DNA of 18,604 nucleotides from the NCBI GenBank assembly GCA_050293845.1, contig JBNKNM010000104.1, positions 1 to 18,604 on the forward strand. Reading direction: 5' to 3'. Shown one piece after another: positions 9,073 to 17,443 of this stretch. Within the stretch, counting starts at the first letter, position 1; every line of letters starts with the position of its first letter. The DNA is from Pseudobacteriovorax sp. (GTDB lineage Bacteria; Bdellovibrionota_B; Oligoflexia; Oligoflexales; Oligoflexaceae). The position numbers were made by a program, and so were the translations under genes. The notes below the pieces were generated by a model. That model was not told where the DNA came from, did not search any database, and was given only the letters and a program-made list of their open reading frames with translations.

Positions 9073-9998
9073 GCTTGACTGTCCTCAAAGAGTAAATTTA
9101 GAAAACTGATGATTCCCTTAGACTCTTCATAGAGCCTCTTTAATTGAAGGCCATCCACATAACCATGTCCCCCTGCAACTTGTACTGCTTCTTTGCTAAT
9201 ATTATGGGCATATTGACTTAGACTTGCTAAAAAGCTCTCCATCTTTGGATGGCGGTCTAATATCCTTAGTGATTGAAAAATTAATGCGTTCAAAGATTCG
9301 AAATCAATAATAATATTACCAATTCGTAAGCTGACTGCTTGATGATGGAAAATAGCCTTTCCTGCAGATTGCCTTACTTTGCTATAGGCAATAGCTTCAT
9401 GAACCATCCCTTGTAATATACCACTTAGTATACCAAGTAAGGTAGCTCTCATATATCTTGCAAGAATCTTCTGTCGACTTATGCATATTTCTTGTACGGC
9501 TAAAGTTTTTGACTTCACCAAACATAATTCTCCCAAACCCAAAATCTTTATTTGGGAATGTTTGTTAAGATATAGAGATTCGATTCGTGCGAGTTGGCCA
9601 TTTTGGTAAAACCTTATTCCGCTAGCTGTTGATTCTATAGGCTTACTAATACATAACATTCCTTTAGAAGTTAGAAATGATAGTTCATTGTGATTGGTAG
9701 AGCCTTTAAAAAAATAATCTAATACCAAACTGCTTAAAGTTTCGATAGCTAGCTTGAGGTCCTGTTGAGCAAGAATCATAGCCAGATTTAGCAAAGTTTC
9801 GGTATAGTCTTGCGGCCCTTGTTCAACTTCAATCATATTTAAACAAGAAGGAATATCAAGTTCACGGATTTCTTCTTTTATAGATCGATAGACGCGATCA
9901 TTACGATATCCTTCTACCCAAATAGATTGATTTTTACTTAGACAATCACTAAGATGATTCAGAATGAAGCAATGTTCATTTGCCGTCGGATGTAACAT
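9069..9998 (-). CDS. Acyl-CoA dehydrogenase-like subunit, degenerate (only the C-terminal helical domain is recognisable)
   Basis: YSKVRQSAGKAIFHHQAV and AVQVAGGHGYV are present. TEPxxGSD, KxFxTN and the IxEGT catalytic motif are absent. RBS GAGGTG. Confidence 0.75.
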   Translation of the reverse strand: MLHPTANEHCFILNHLSDCLSKNQSIWVEGYRNDRVYRSIKEEIRELDIPSCLNMIEVEQGPQDYTETLLNLAMILAQQDLKLAIETLSSLVLDYFFKGSTNHNELSFLTSKGMLCISKPIESTASGIRFYQNGQLARIESLYLNKHSQIKILGLGELCLVKSKTLAVQEICISRQKILARYMRATLLGILSGILQGMVHEAIAYSKVRQSAGKAIFHHQAVSLRIGNIIIDFESLNALIFQSLRILDRHPKMESFLASLSQYAHNISKEAVQVAGGHGYVDGLQLKRLYEESKGIISFLNLLFEDSQA

Positions 9999-10017
9999 TT
10001 ATTTCTCACCTCAATAA

Positions 10018-11199
10018 TCAAGGACGATACAATTGTGCAACCATTATTCTTTGCATATCACCTGTTCCTTCTAATATATCAAAAGCCTTAGCATCTCTGT
10101 AAAACCTCTCCCAAAAACTTCCAGACTGGCATGCTTCCTCATTAAAGCTATCATACAATCCATGAGCAATTTCCATTGCTAAACTTGAACTTGAGGCTTT
10201 TGCTATTGAAGCCTCTAAAGAACAACTTTTACCTTCATCATATTTATAAGCTGCTTTATAAGTTAGCAATCTTGAGGCATCTAAACGATATTTCCAATGA
10301 GTAATTTTATCTTGAAGAAGTACATCACGATGAAAGGAATGACTTTTCTGCTTCATAGTTTTTTCCGCCTGATCAAGAGCTTCTAAGCAGCAACCATTAA
10401 TCACTCCCGCTAGACAAGGACGCATATAATCCCAGGCTCGTTGAGCTCCAGTAAATGCGTCTACTAGCGGACCGCGTTTTCCAGTATGACCGAGCATTTC
10501 TCTTGCACTAAGCTTCACATTATTAAACGAGAAATTGGTAAGCTGACTAGGTCTGAGCCCCATCATGTTTTCAACCCGATCTATATTAACACCTTTTTGA
10601 GATGTATCGACAACAAAGGCTCTAATACCAAAACGTCCTTTTTCAGGTGCAACCGTTGCAAATACCACAAGCTTAAGTGCTCTAGAACCATTTGTAACAA
10701 AACATTTTTCTCCATTTAGAAAGTAGTCTTCGCCATCTTTTTTTATTCGGCACTGAATGGCTGTAGCATCAGAGCCGCAAGAAGGTTCAGTAATCGCAAA
10801 TGCTCCCCATACAGGTTGACTATCATTAAAGAAATTTTCTACATATATTTTTTGTTGTTCTACAGTCCCAAGTGAAAATACAGGGGGCATGGACAACCCC
10901 GGACCAGGCAGAGATATAGCAATACCTGGTCCGATACGTCCCATTTCCTCAAACAGTAGAACCCTATGATAGGCTTTGGCAGCAATTTCCAATCCCCCGA
11001 GATTTTTGGGAATATTCATTCGATTTAAAAATTCGAGATTTAGCTTTTTCCAAAGAGTCGAGCATAATTCTCCAGATATATCTGATGGTTCGACATACAT
11101 AGGAAGATGGTGAAGAACCTGTTCAAAGGAAGTTCCTTCTTCTGGAAATAATCTTTTCAATCTATTAAGATCTTTTTGAAAGGTCCCATTAATGATCAT
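10018..11199 (-). CDS. Acyl-CoA/acyl-ACP dehydrogenase family flavoprotein (catalytic subunit)
   Basis: Motifs FAITEPSCGSD, LNGEKCFVTNG, MGLR and ERFYRDAKAFDILEGTGDMQR (catalytic Glu position). Start moved to ATG 11199, 1 nt after the upstream stop. Confidence 0.9.
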   Translation of the reverse strand: MIINGTFQKDLNRLKRLFPEEGTSFEQVLHHLPMYVEPSDISGELCSTLWKKLNLEFLNRMNIPKNLGGLEIAAKAYHRVLLFEEMGRIGPGIAISLPGPGLSMPPVFSLGTVEQQKIYVENFFNDSQPVWGAFAITEPSCGSDATAIQCRIKKDGEDYFLNGEKCFVTNGSRALKLVVFATVAPEKGRFGIRAFVVDTSQKGVNIDRVENMMGLRPSQLTNFSFNNVKLSAREMLGHTGKRGPLVDAFTGAQRAWDYMRPCLAGVINGCCLEALDQAEKTMKQKSHSFHRDVLLQDKITHWKYRLDASRLLTYKAAYKYDEGKSCSLEASIAKASSSSLAMEIAHGLYDSFNEEACQSGSFWERFYRDAKAFDILEGTGDMQRIMVAQLYRP

Positions 11200-11200
11200 A

Positions 11201-11482
11201 TTAGATCCCCATTTTCTCTTTATAAGCACCAATTAAGCTACTAACTGCAATACCTTCAATTGTCATACCTTCGTACTTACAATCTGAAATCGCTACTCCA
11301 GACAGGTCGACCTCACTAAAGACCGTATCTTTGAATGAACACTCTCGAAATTGACTGTTTTGAAAACTTGAGTCGATGAACTTCACTTCACCCAACAGAC
11401 AGTCAGTGAAACTGCTAAATCTGAGCTTTGAGTCCTGAGCTATAATCTTATAATCTTTGTCTTCTAATTGAATAACAGACAT
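11201..11482 (-). CDS. Short pentapeptide-repeat protein (93 aa)
   Basis: Twelve consecutive pentapeptides: SKLRF SSFTD CLLGE VKFID SSFQN SQFRE CSFKD TVFSE VDLSG VAISD CKYEG MTIEG. Start moved to ATG 11482, whose AAGGAG RBS overlaps the upstream TAA. Confidence 0.85.
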   Translation of the reverse strand: MSVIQLEDKDYKIIAQDSKLRFSSFTDCLLGEVKFIDSSFQNSQFRECSFKDTVFSEVDLSGVAISDCKYEGMTIEGIAVSSLIGAYKEKMGI

Positions 11483-11492
11483 AAATTTCTCC

Positions 11493-12509
11493 TTATAGTT
11501 TTGGAAAAAAAAGAGCACCCGCGAAATTACCGTTTAAGCTAACGCTACAAAATAATAATCCGTATCCTCTCCATCGATTTGGATTAGTTTTTAATTGTTC
11601 TAGGACTTCATGTACCATGACAGGAACATCCATACTAGCAAAGAAACCTAATTGGGTTGGACCAATAGCTCCTATCTCTAAACCTAAATCCCAAGCCACA
11701 TGGTGTGACATAACTGTGGAAGGGCTCGAGATAAAGAGTACTGTTTTAGACAGATTTTCGATATTCATTGAGGTGAGGCAATTCCCGATGGCTGACTGGA
11801 AAAAAGCTCTGGTCGCGGTCTGATTCCACTCAATATTACCATTCTCTAAAAATATAAAAGGCTCATAACTTTCATGGTAAAGACCCTTGAGTTCTAACAG
11901 AACGTTTTTTGATCCATGGTTAATCTTAAGAGCACAAGCGCCATCTGATAGTGGATCTAATCCTGCTATAGATCTAGGGTACGGTATTGGCCATTTTTCA
12001 GCAGAACAGAAGACAGAAAAGCCTTCGTTCTCACGAGTACCTTGCATAGTTTGATTTAATATTTTTAGACTTTGAAAAAAGCTAATATTTCCCGTTTGTG
12101 AAACAGCAAAATGAGGAATATTAGACCAATTTAATTCAGCGGCCAAACGTGCTACATTTGAAGTATAAATAGCTTCTTCAATTGAACAATGGCTATAGAT
12201 GAATATGTTTGCCAGTTCATCATTCGAGCAAAGATTCTTTAGACATTCTAAGGCTATTTCGAATTGACTTTGGTTTGGAGCATAACTAAAGGTTCCTCGA
12301 GTCAAGGCATTCGTTGGAGAATTAAGAACAGACTCAATATCCAAAATAGGCATGTGTGAAAGCACCATGGCTACCACTTTCGTGTAGTGATCAGGCTTAT
12401 CTGAGTTAAGATAATCAAGACAAGTCCGATTCCACTTTGCGATATTGCCAATAGTTTTCGGAATGACTAAAGCCGAATCTTCAATTCCTATGACAAACTT
12501 TTGATTCAC
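11493..12509 (-). CDS. FabH/KAS III-fold protein lacking the catalytic Cys (KS4)
   Basis: It aligns by eye with KS1/KS2: IFIYSH, HFAVSQTGNIS (Cys->Asn), SAEKW, LSDGACAL. GTG start in a GTGA overlap with the ACP stop. Confidence 0.7.
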   Translation of the reverse strand: MNQKFVIGIEDSALVIPKTIGNIAKWNRTCLDYLNSDKPDHYTKVVAMVLSHMPILDIESVLNSPTNALTRGTFSYAPNQSQFEIALECLKNLCSNDELANIFIYSHCSIEEAIYTSNVARLAAELNWSNIPHFAVSQTGNISFFQSLKILNQTMQGTRENEGFSVFCSAEKWPIPYPRSIAGLDPLSDGACALKINHGSKNVLLELKGLYHESYEPFIFLENGNIEWNQTATRAFFQSAIGNCLTSMNIENLSKTVLFISSPSTVMSHHVAWDLGLEIGAIGPTQLGFFASMDVPVMVHEVLEQLKTNPNRWRGYGLLFCSVSLNGNFAGALFFPKL

Positions 12510-12769
12510 AATATCTTTCCTTTGACAAATTTTTTCAATGTTCCAAAATTAGTGAATAGATCCGCTGAAACATCTTCAATTTCAATTGTAAATTGAAACA
12601 CTTCTTCAATTTGCGTTAAAACTTCTACGACATTGATCGATACTAAACCAATTTCAAACAGATTAGTCTCATCATTTATGCTAATTGTGTCATCTACACC
12701 CAATACTTTGTACAAGATTTGCTTTATTTTCACACTAACGTTATCTTGAATCACTGCGTTTGTTAACAT
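12506..12769 (-). CDS. Acyl/peptidyl carrier protein
   Basis: Acidic 87-aa protein with DETNLFEIGLVSINVVEVLTQIEEVFQFTI (the Ser of GLVS is the phosphopantetheine site). Strong RBS AGGAGGT. Confidence 0.88.
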   Translation of the reverse strand: MLTNAVIQDNVSVKIKQILYKVLGVDDTISINDETNLFEIGLVSINVVEVLTQIEEVFQFTIEIEDVSADLFTNFGTLKKFVKGKIL

Positions 12770-12779
12770 TAATTACCTC

Positions 12780-14015
12780 CTAAAACGAATCTACTTTTAA
12801 TTCATTCTTAAAACTATTATGGATGTTCATAATTCGATTAAACGTCTCTTTGTAGGTGCTTCCTGATACAATAAAGAATGCTGAGAAATCTGTGCAATGA
12901 GATGCTGGAAGTGCAGTTTCTCCAACAGAAATTGAAATTTCATGACGATGTATCCATTCATGATTTAAGCTCTTTGGATCTGGTAAAGATTTAACAGTAC
13001 CGAAGAGGTTATTGCGAATACCAATCAGACCACAAGATTTTTTGTCTTGACTACTAGCAACATTATCTTGGGACCAAGGTCGATCCAATTCAATCGTTAA
13101 TAGTTCTCGGTTCAAATTAACTCCCGTTGATTCTTCTATCATGGCTACTATACCGCCTCCACCTGATCGCGCAGCAACTTCGCAAAAAATGACTTCGTCT
13201 GCTGAATTTAGGAAAACCTCAAGGTGAATCACGCCTTTATTCAATGAAAGCTTTTGAATAACTTCATCAGCAACCGACTCTAACTTATCAATGATCTTTG
13301 AATCGGTTTCTATGACTGATACAAAGGGACTTCCTTCGTTAAAATCGATGTTACCCATTTCAGGAATGTAAGGTGCCAAGGAATGAAACACAGATTCACC
13401 TCCTTGAACTAGGGAATTAATATGGTACAAAACCCCAGAGACATACTCTTCGAGTTGAAATTCTTCTTGACACTCTTCTTTTGCAAACCATTTATCAATT
13501 TGATTTTCGGTAAATAATATAGCTACCCCTTTTGATCCTTGACTACTACGAGGTTTAACGACTATCTTCCCATATCTTTTGAGGAAGTCCTTAGCATCTG
13601 CGATATTAAATTTTTCTTTAAATCTGGGAATACGAAAAGTTTTTGTATTCTGAAGGCAATGCTTCATGTAAACCTTATCGCGAAATTTTCTTGCAGTGTC
13701 CTGATTTGTACCAGGAATACCTAAAGATTCTCTAATATTTGAGGCTAGCTCAACATCCTCTTCAGAAAATGCAGCGACGGCTGTAATAGGCAATTCCCTA
13801 TGAATCTTTAGTGCTAAATTCAGAATTTCGGAATGTCGACGCATGCGGACAACATGAATTTTTTCATTTTGATCTAGATCTTTAAAATTATCTTTATTCT
13901 TTTCGTCGGTAAATACAGTAACAGCAGCCTTCAAATCGGAGAACACAGCTTTACCATTAGAAAGATAATAATTACGTTTTTCTCCTCTAACGAGGATCAG
14001 AATGTGATCTGACAT
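12780..14015 (-). CDS. ATP-grasp ligase (amino-acid ligase type)
   Basis: Motifs FRDKVYMK, VVKPRSSQGSKGV, LEEYVSG, HLEVF and FCEVAARSGGG. Confidence 0.9.
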   Translation of the reverse strand: MSDHILILVRGEKRNYYLSNGKAVFSDLKAAVTVFTDEKNKDNFKDLDQNEKIHVVRMRRHSEILNLALKIHRELPITAVAAFSEEDVELASNIRESLGIPGTNQDTARKFRDKVYMKHCLQNTKTFRIPRFKEKFNIADAKDFLKRYGKIVVKPRSSQGSKGVAILFTENQIDKWFAKEECQEEFQLEEYVSGVLYHINSLVQGGESVFHSLAPYIPEMGNIDFNEGSPFVSVIETDSKIIDKLESVADEVIQKLSLNKGVIHLEVFLNSADEVIFCEVAARSGGGGIVAMIEESTGVNLNRELLTIELDRPWSQDNVASSQDKKSCGLIGIRNNLFGTVKSLPDPKSLNHEWIHRHEISISVGETALPASHCTDFSAFFIVSGSTYKETFNRIMNIHNSFKNELKVDSF

Positions 14016-14018
14016 GAT

Positions 14019-14924
14019 TTATGTCCTTTTCTTATAGTTAACGATGATGGCATATCCATGGCCAGATAAGCTCAAAGTCCAAATAAGAGCTTGCCCACCT
14101 TTTTTAAGATATTTTGAGCCTTCCTCGATGGAAGCAATCAATGCAGCGGTTCCTTCATGAAAATTTCGGGGAGGTGCAATCTTTATAGATGATATTTCTT
14201 TATATGCAAGCTTAAGTAATTTAGATCCGTAAGGATCGCCAATTATTAAATCAGGTACAACATCCATTTTTATTAATTGTGTACCTAACCATCTGCCAAA
14301 TGTATGGAATAATGAAGACATATCATTGTTGTCACCATAACGATCATCAAAGGTGTATATATCTTTAATATTAATGAAACTTTCAGAGTGTCGTTCCATT
14401 GATCCTGCAAAAAGAAATCCACAAAAATCTCGAAATGGTGTTTCGTCACTCATTTCTATATCGAAAGGGGATAGCCATTGATCAGCACAGCTTAACAAAT
14501 ATGGACTCTGATTCTGGTTGGTTAGTCCTAATAGCGATAAACATGCCCCAATACCCGCGGTCCCAACTTGATCTATAGCGATACTATCCTCTTTAAGGTT
14601 AAGTTGATTATGGACCCTTAGGCATCTTGAGCTTAAAAAGCTGTCATTAATGGTGCATTGACTATGTATATGCGCTAATTTATCTGAAAGATTGAATTGA
14701 CTTTTAAATCTATCGAGCAAAATCTCCAGTTCTGAACCGATATCATGGTTCTTCGATCCTTTTAATTGTTCAACCTCCAATGGTTGAGATAATTTTTGGG
14801 GCAGGGAATGGGTACCTGCAGCTTCTAGCAGATAAGGGTATCTTAAGGAAAAGTTACCATCATGACACTCCTGTGGTCTTCGAATTTGTAGATCAATTAT
14901 ATCTATATTTAGCTCAATTCTCAT
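14019..14924 (-). CDS. Divergent FabH/KAS III-fold protein lacking the catalytic Cys (KS3)
   Basis: SIAIDQVGTAG aligns to the SQxxC motif of KS1/KS2 (Cys->Thr). LSCADQW and the C-terminal LIWTLSLSG resemble KS4. Start moved to ATG 14924, preceded by GAGGA. Confidence 0.6.
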   Translation of the reverse strand: MRIELNIDIIDLQIRRPQECHDGNFSLRYPYLLEAAGTHSLPQKLSQPLEVEQLKGSKNHDIGSELEILLDRFKSQFNLSDKLAHIHSQCTINDSFLSSRCLRVHNQLNLKEDSIAIDQVGTAGIGACLSLLGLTNQNQSPYLLSCADQWLSPFDIEMSDETPFRDFCGFLFAGSMERHSESFINIKDIYTFDDRYGDNNDMSSLFHTFGRWLGTQLIKMDVVPDLIIGDPYGSKLLKLAYKEISSIKIAPPRNFHEGTAALIASIEEGSKYLKKGGQALIWTLSLSGHGYAIIVNYKKRT

Positions 14925-15891
14925 TGATATCTTCCTCAATCACTTCTTTTGGATACGAAAGAAGGCAGCCTTGAATTCCTAAATTAGATTGTCCAAAGGA
15001 CAATATTGGTTTACCTTGGGCAAGTTGAGTAAATCCTTGATCGACAAGGTTAATTATGAAGTCATTTGAGCAAGCGTGTCCTCGTCTCCGAATATTGTCG
15101 CTAAATAAATTTTCTGGCGTAAATGAAAGAGACTTTACAATCAATTTCCAAAGCGAAAGGTCCGCATTAATAGGTAAAATTTGCGGGATAGTCTCTGGCT
15201 CAAGACTGCTTTGTTCGAGACACTTCTTGATGAGATCACGACTATGTCGCCAACATGTCTGAGCAATTATTTGTGAATTACCTGGTATTTCAGGCCCTCC
15301 GTGAAGTCGGCTGAAATAGTAAAACAGAGGCATATCTAGCCAACATTTTAAAGAATCACGACCAAGGAGTAGAGCTGCCGCACCATCGCTTTGAATACCT
15401 CCATCCTGGCGAAGTCTATGGTCAGCATCTCCAAACACCCGGTCAGAAGTAAGTATAAGCGCATAGGGCTGGGAACTCGTTTTTTGGAGATAGTTCATCG
15501 ATAGTTCCACAGCTTTAAACACCGAAGCACATGCCAACTGACTTACTGAAAAATCGATCTTTGGTTTGAATTCAAACCGATTTTTAATTTTTGTGAGAAG
15601 GGACTCAGGTGGGGCAGGTATACTGAAACCTTGTGTTCGTGCATGAACTATAATACCAATATCTTCGACTTGGATAAATGCTGGAAGTTTTTTCCAAAGT
15701 CGTAAAATAGATTCGCTAACAAGTTCAAAATCAGACAAATTTGAGTTTTCATAAAAGTAGCGACAACCATTTTTTAATAACGCATCGATCCTATCTTTGG
15801 GAACTTTTTTCTCTATTCCCCACTGAGTCACATCTCGTGCTTCTCCTGGCAAATAGTACGCAGCATCGATTATTCCTAAATTTGTACGCAT
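14914..15891 (-). CDS. FabH/KAS III-like enzyme with catalytic Cys (KS2)
   Basis: Motifs GIIDAAYYLPG, FSVSQLACAS (Cys121), LILTSD, QSDGAAALLL and RGHACSND. Confidence 0.85.
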   Translation of the reverse strand: MRTNLGIIDAAYYLPGEARDVTQWGIEKKVPKDRIDALLKNGCRYFYENSNLSDFELVSESILRLWKKLPAFIQVEDIGIIVHARTQGFSIPAPPESLLTKIKNRFEFKPKIDFSVSQLACASVFKAVELSMNYLQKTSSQPYALILTSDRVFGDADHRLRQDGGIQSDGAAALLLGRDSLKCWLDMPLFYYFSRLHGGPEIPGNSQIIAQTCWRHSRDLIKKCLEQSSLEPETIPQILPINADLSLWKLIVKSLSFTPENLFSDNIRRRGHACSNDFIINLVDQGFTQLAQGKPILSFGQSNLGIQGCLLSYPKEVIEEDINEN

Positions 15892-15906
15892 ACTAAAGTA
15901 TTCCTT

Positions 15907-16479
15907 CTATTTCTTCTTTGCAAAAGTTTTACCATTTAGACTTTGAATATTAGGGTAAATGGCGGCAAATTCTTGCTTTGTCACATCATATAGAATTCGA
16001 TCACATCTTTTATTTTCTAGAACATGAGCACTACGCAAGCGTCCTGTAGAGCGAAATCCACATTTATCATGAACTCTATGAGAGAGTATATTTGGTTCAG
16101 CAACCCAGGTGCTTATAACTTCTCTATCGAAATCGAGAAATCCCGTAGCAATGGTCCTTAAAAAGGCAGACACGGTGAGATTACGTCCTCCTCCTTTTTC
16201 ACCACGCAAGCCCCAGACCTCACCTAGTCCCATTTCATGGGTATACCCATTAAGACTCATTAAACCTACTAGACGGCTTTTTTCAGGTCCGTAAAGGAAT
16301 ACCTTATTGTTTGGATTACAGAAAAGAATATGTAGTTCTAGGTCAGTGAGGTTTTGTTTTCCTAGTCCCATATCTAACCACTTCACTATACTTTCACGTC
16401 TAAACCATTCACAAACTTTCTTAGTATGAGTGTTGCTATATGGAATAAGTACAGCTTCATTAAGATTTTCAATTGTCAT
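15907..16479 (-). CDS. GNAT family N-acyltransferase (RimJ/RimL-like)
   Basis: Motifs LVGLMSL, WVAEPNILSHRVHDKCGFRSTGRLR and DRILY match the RimJ/RimL-type C-terminal pattern. ATGA overlap with KS1. Confidence 0.8.
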   Translation of the reverse strand: MTIENLNEAVLIPYSNTHTKKVCEWFRRESIVKWLDMGLGKQNLTDLELHILFCNPNNKVFLYGPEKSRLVGLMSLNGYTHEMGLGEVWGLRGEKGGGRNLTVSAFLRTIATGFLDFDREVISTWVAEPNILSHRVHDKCGFRSTGRLRSAHVLENKRCDRILYDVTKQEFAAIYPNIQSLNGKTFAKKK

Positions 16480-17429
16480 TGTGCAACCCCAAGCCTATTC
16501 TCCAAGTGGGAACTAAGTATAAAGGAACCAAAACATCCCCCAATACCACTAGAAAATATAAGATGGTATCCCTCACGTTTATGGGCATTTGAATTTTTAA
16601 TATTAATAGCGACATCTGAACCTAAAACATGTCCTATTGTCCGAAGACCTTGATCATGAAGTTTAGAAACAGGAATTCCAAGAGCATTAAGTACAATAGA
16701 CCAAGAAGGTTTATGGGTATTCTGAGGGCATACTGTATCGACGTTCTCGCCTTTTATACCAACTTGCCGAAGACTTTTCCGCATTATGGAAGTGCAATTC
16801 CATAAATAATTGGGATTATCTTCGTAGCTTCCATCATCCATGATGCCTTTTAAATTTCTTTTATCATTGTATGTATTTATCCCGGATATAAGATTTCTGG
16901 ATCTCACGCTTTTGCCAATTAAGATGGCGGAAGTCCCATCACTTTGTATTCCACTATCATTTATTCGTCTCAAGTGTTCTAAGAGAATATTATCAATCGT
17001 CACAACAATGGCCACTTTCTCTGCAGATTCTGCATTCATAAGGTAATTCAAGGTATTAATGGCATGAATAGGTGAGACACAATTTTGTTGGCTAATAGAA
17101 AACCCAGCAGTGTCGTATAGACTAAATTTTTTCTTAATAGTGTCAACTATCGAAAATGGTGGGGGCAGTATGTTTGCCTGTGACGTATGACAATAGATTA
17201 GATAAGCAACATCTTTTCGATTAATATTATTTCTATTTATAACATCATGGACACATTCTAATCCTAGATCAAATATTTCCTCAGTATTCGAGCGATAGTA
17301 ACGTTCTGAAGTATTGGTTCGCAACTGCTGGACCATCTGATTGTCAATTCTATGCTCTATACAGTAGTCGTCTGTAAGACAAAGCTCTGAACCTAATCGA
17401 TATTCAATATCAATGATACCAATTCCCAT
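16476..17429 (-). CDS. FabH/KAS III-like enzyme with catalytic Cys (KS1)
   Basis: Motifs GIGIIDIEY, LIYCHT, FSISQQNCVS (Cys117), QSDGTSAILI, IGHVLGSD and SSGIGGCFG. RBS GAAGGT-N5-ATG. Confidence 0.85.
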   Translation of the reverse strand: MGIGIIDIEYRLGSELCLTDDYCIEHRIDNQMVQQLRTNTSERYYRSNTEEIFDLGLECVHDVINRNNINRKDVAYLIYCHTSQANILPPPFSIVDTIKKKFSLYDTAGFSISQQNCVSPIHAINTLNYLMNAESAEKVAIVVTIDNILLEHLRRINDSGIQSDGTSAILIGKSVRSRNLISGINTYNDKRNLKGIMDDGSYEDNPNYLWNCTSIMRKSLRQVGIKGENVDTVCPQNTHKPSWSIVLNALGIPVSKLHDQGLRTIGHVLGSDVAINIKNSNAHKREGYHLIFSSGIGGCFGSFILSSHLENRLGVAQ

Positions 17430-17443
17430 GATGCACCTTCATC

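Noticed and set aside
12780..14015. Graspetide (microviridin-type) ATP-grasp macrocyclase
   Set aside because: Its size and motifs fit amino-acid ligases, and there is no precursor with Thr/Ser/Lys-Asp/Glu core repeats. The small ORF has no acidic residues.
14914..17429. Calling KS1/KS2 fabH of fatty acid synthesis or a type II PKS
   Set aside because: The FabH His/Asn motifs are missing, and there are no fabD/fabG/fabZ/fabF-like genes in the operon.
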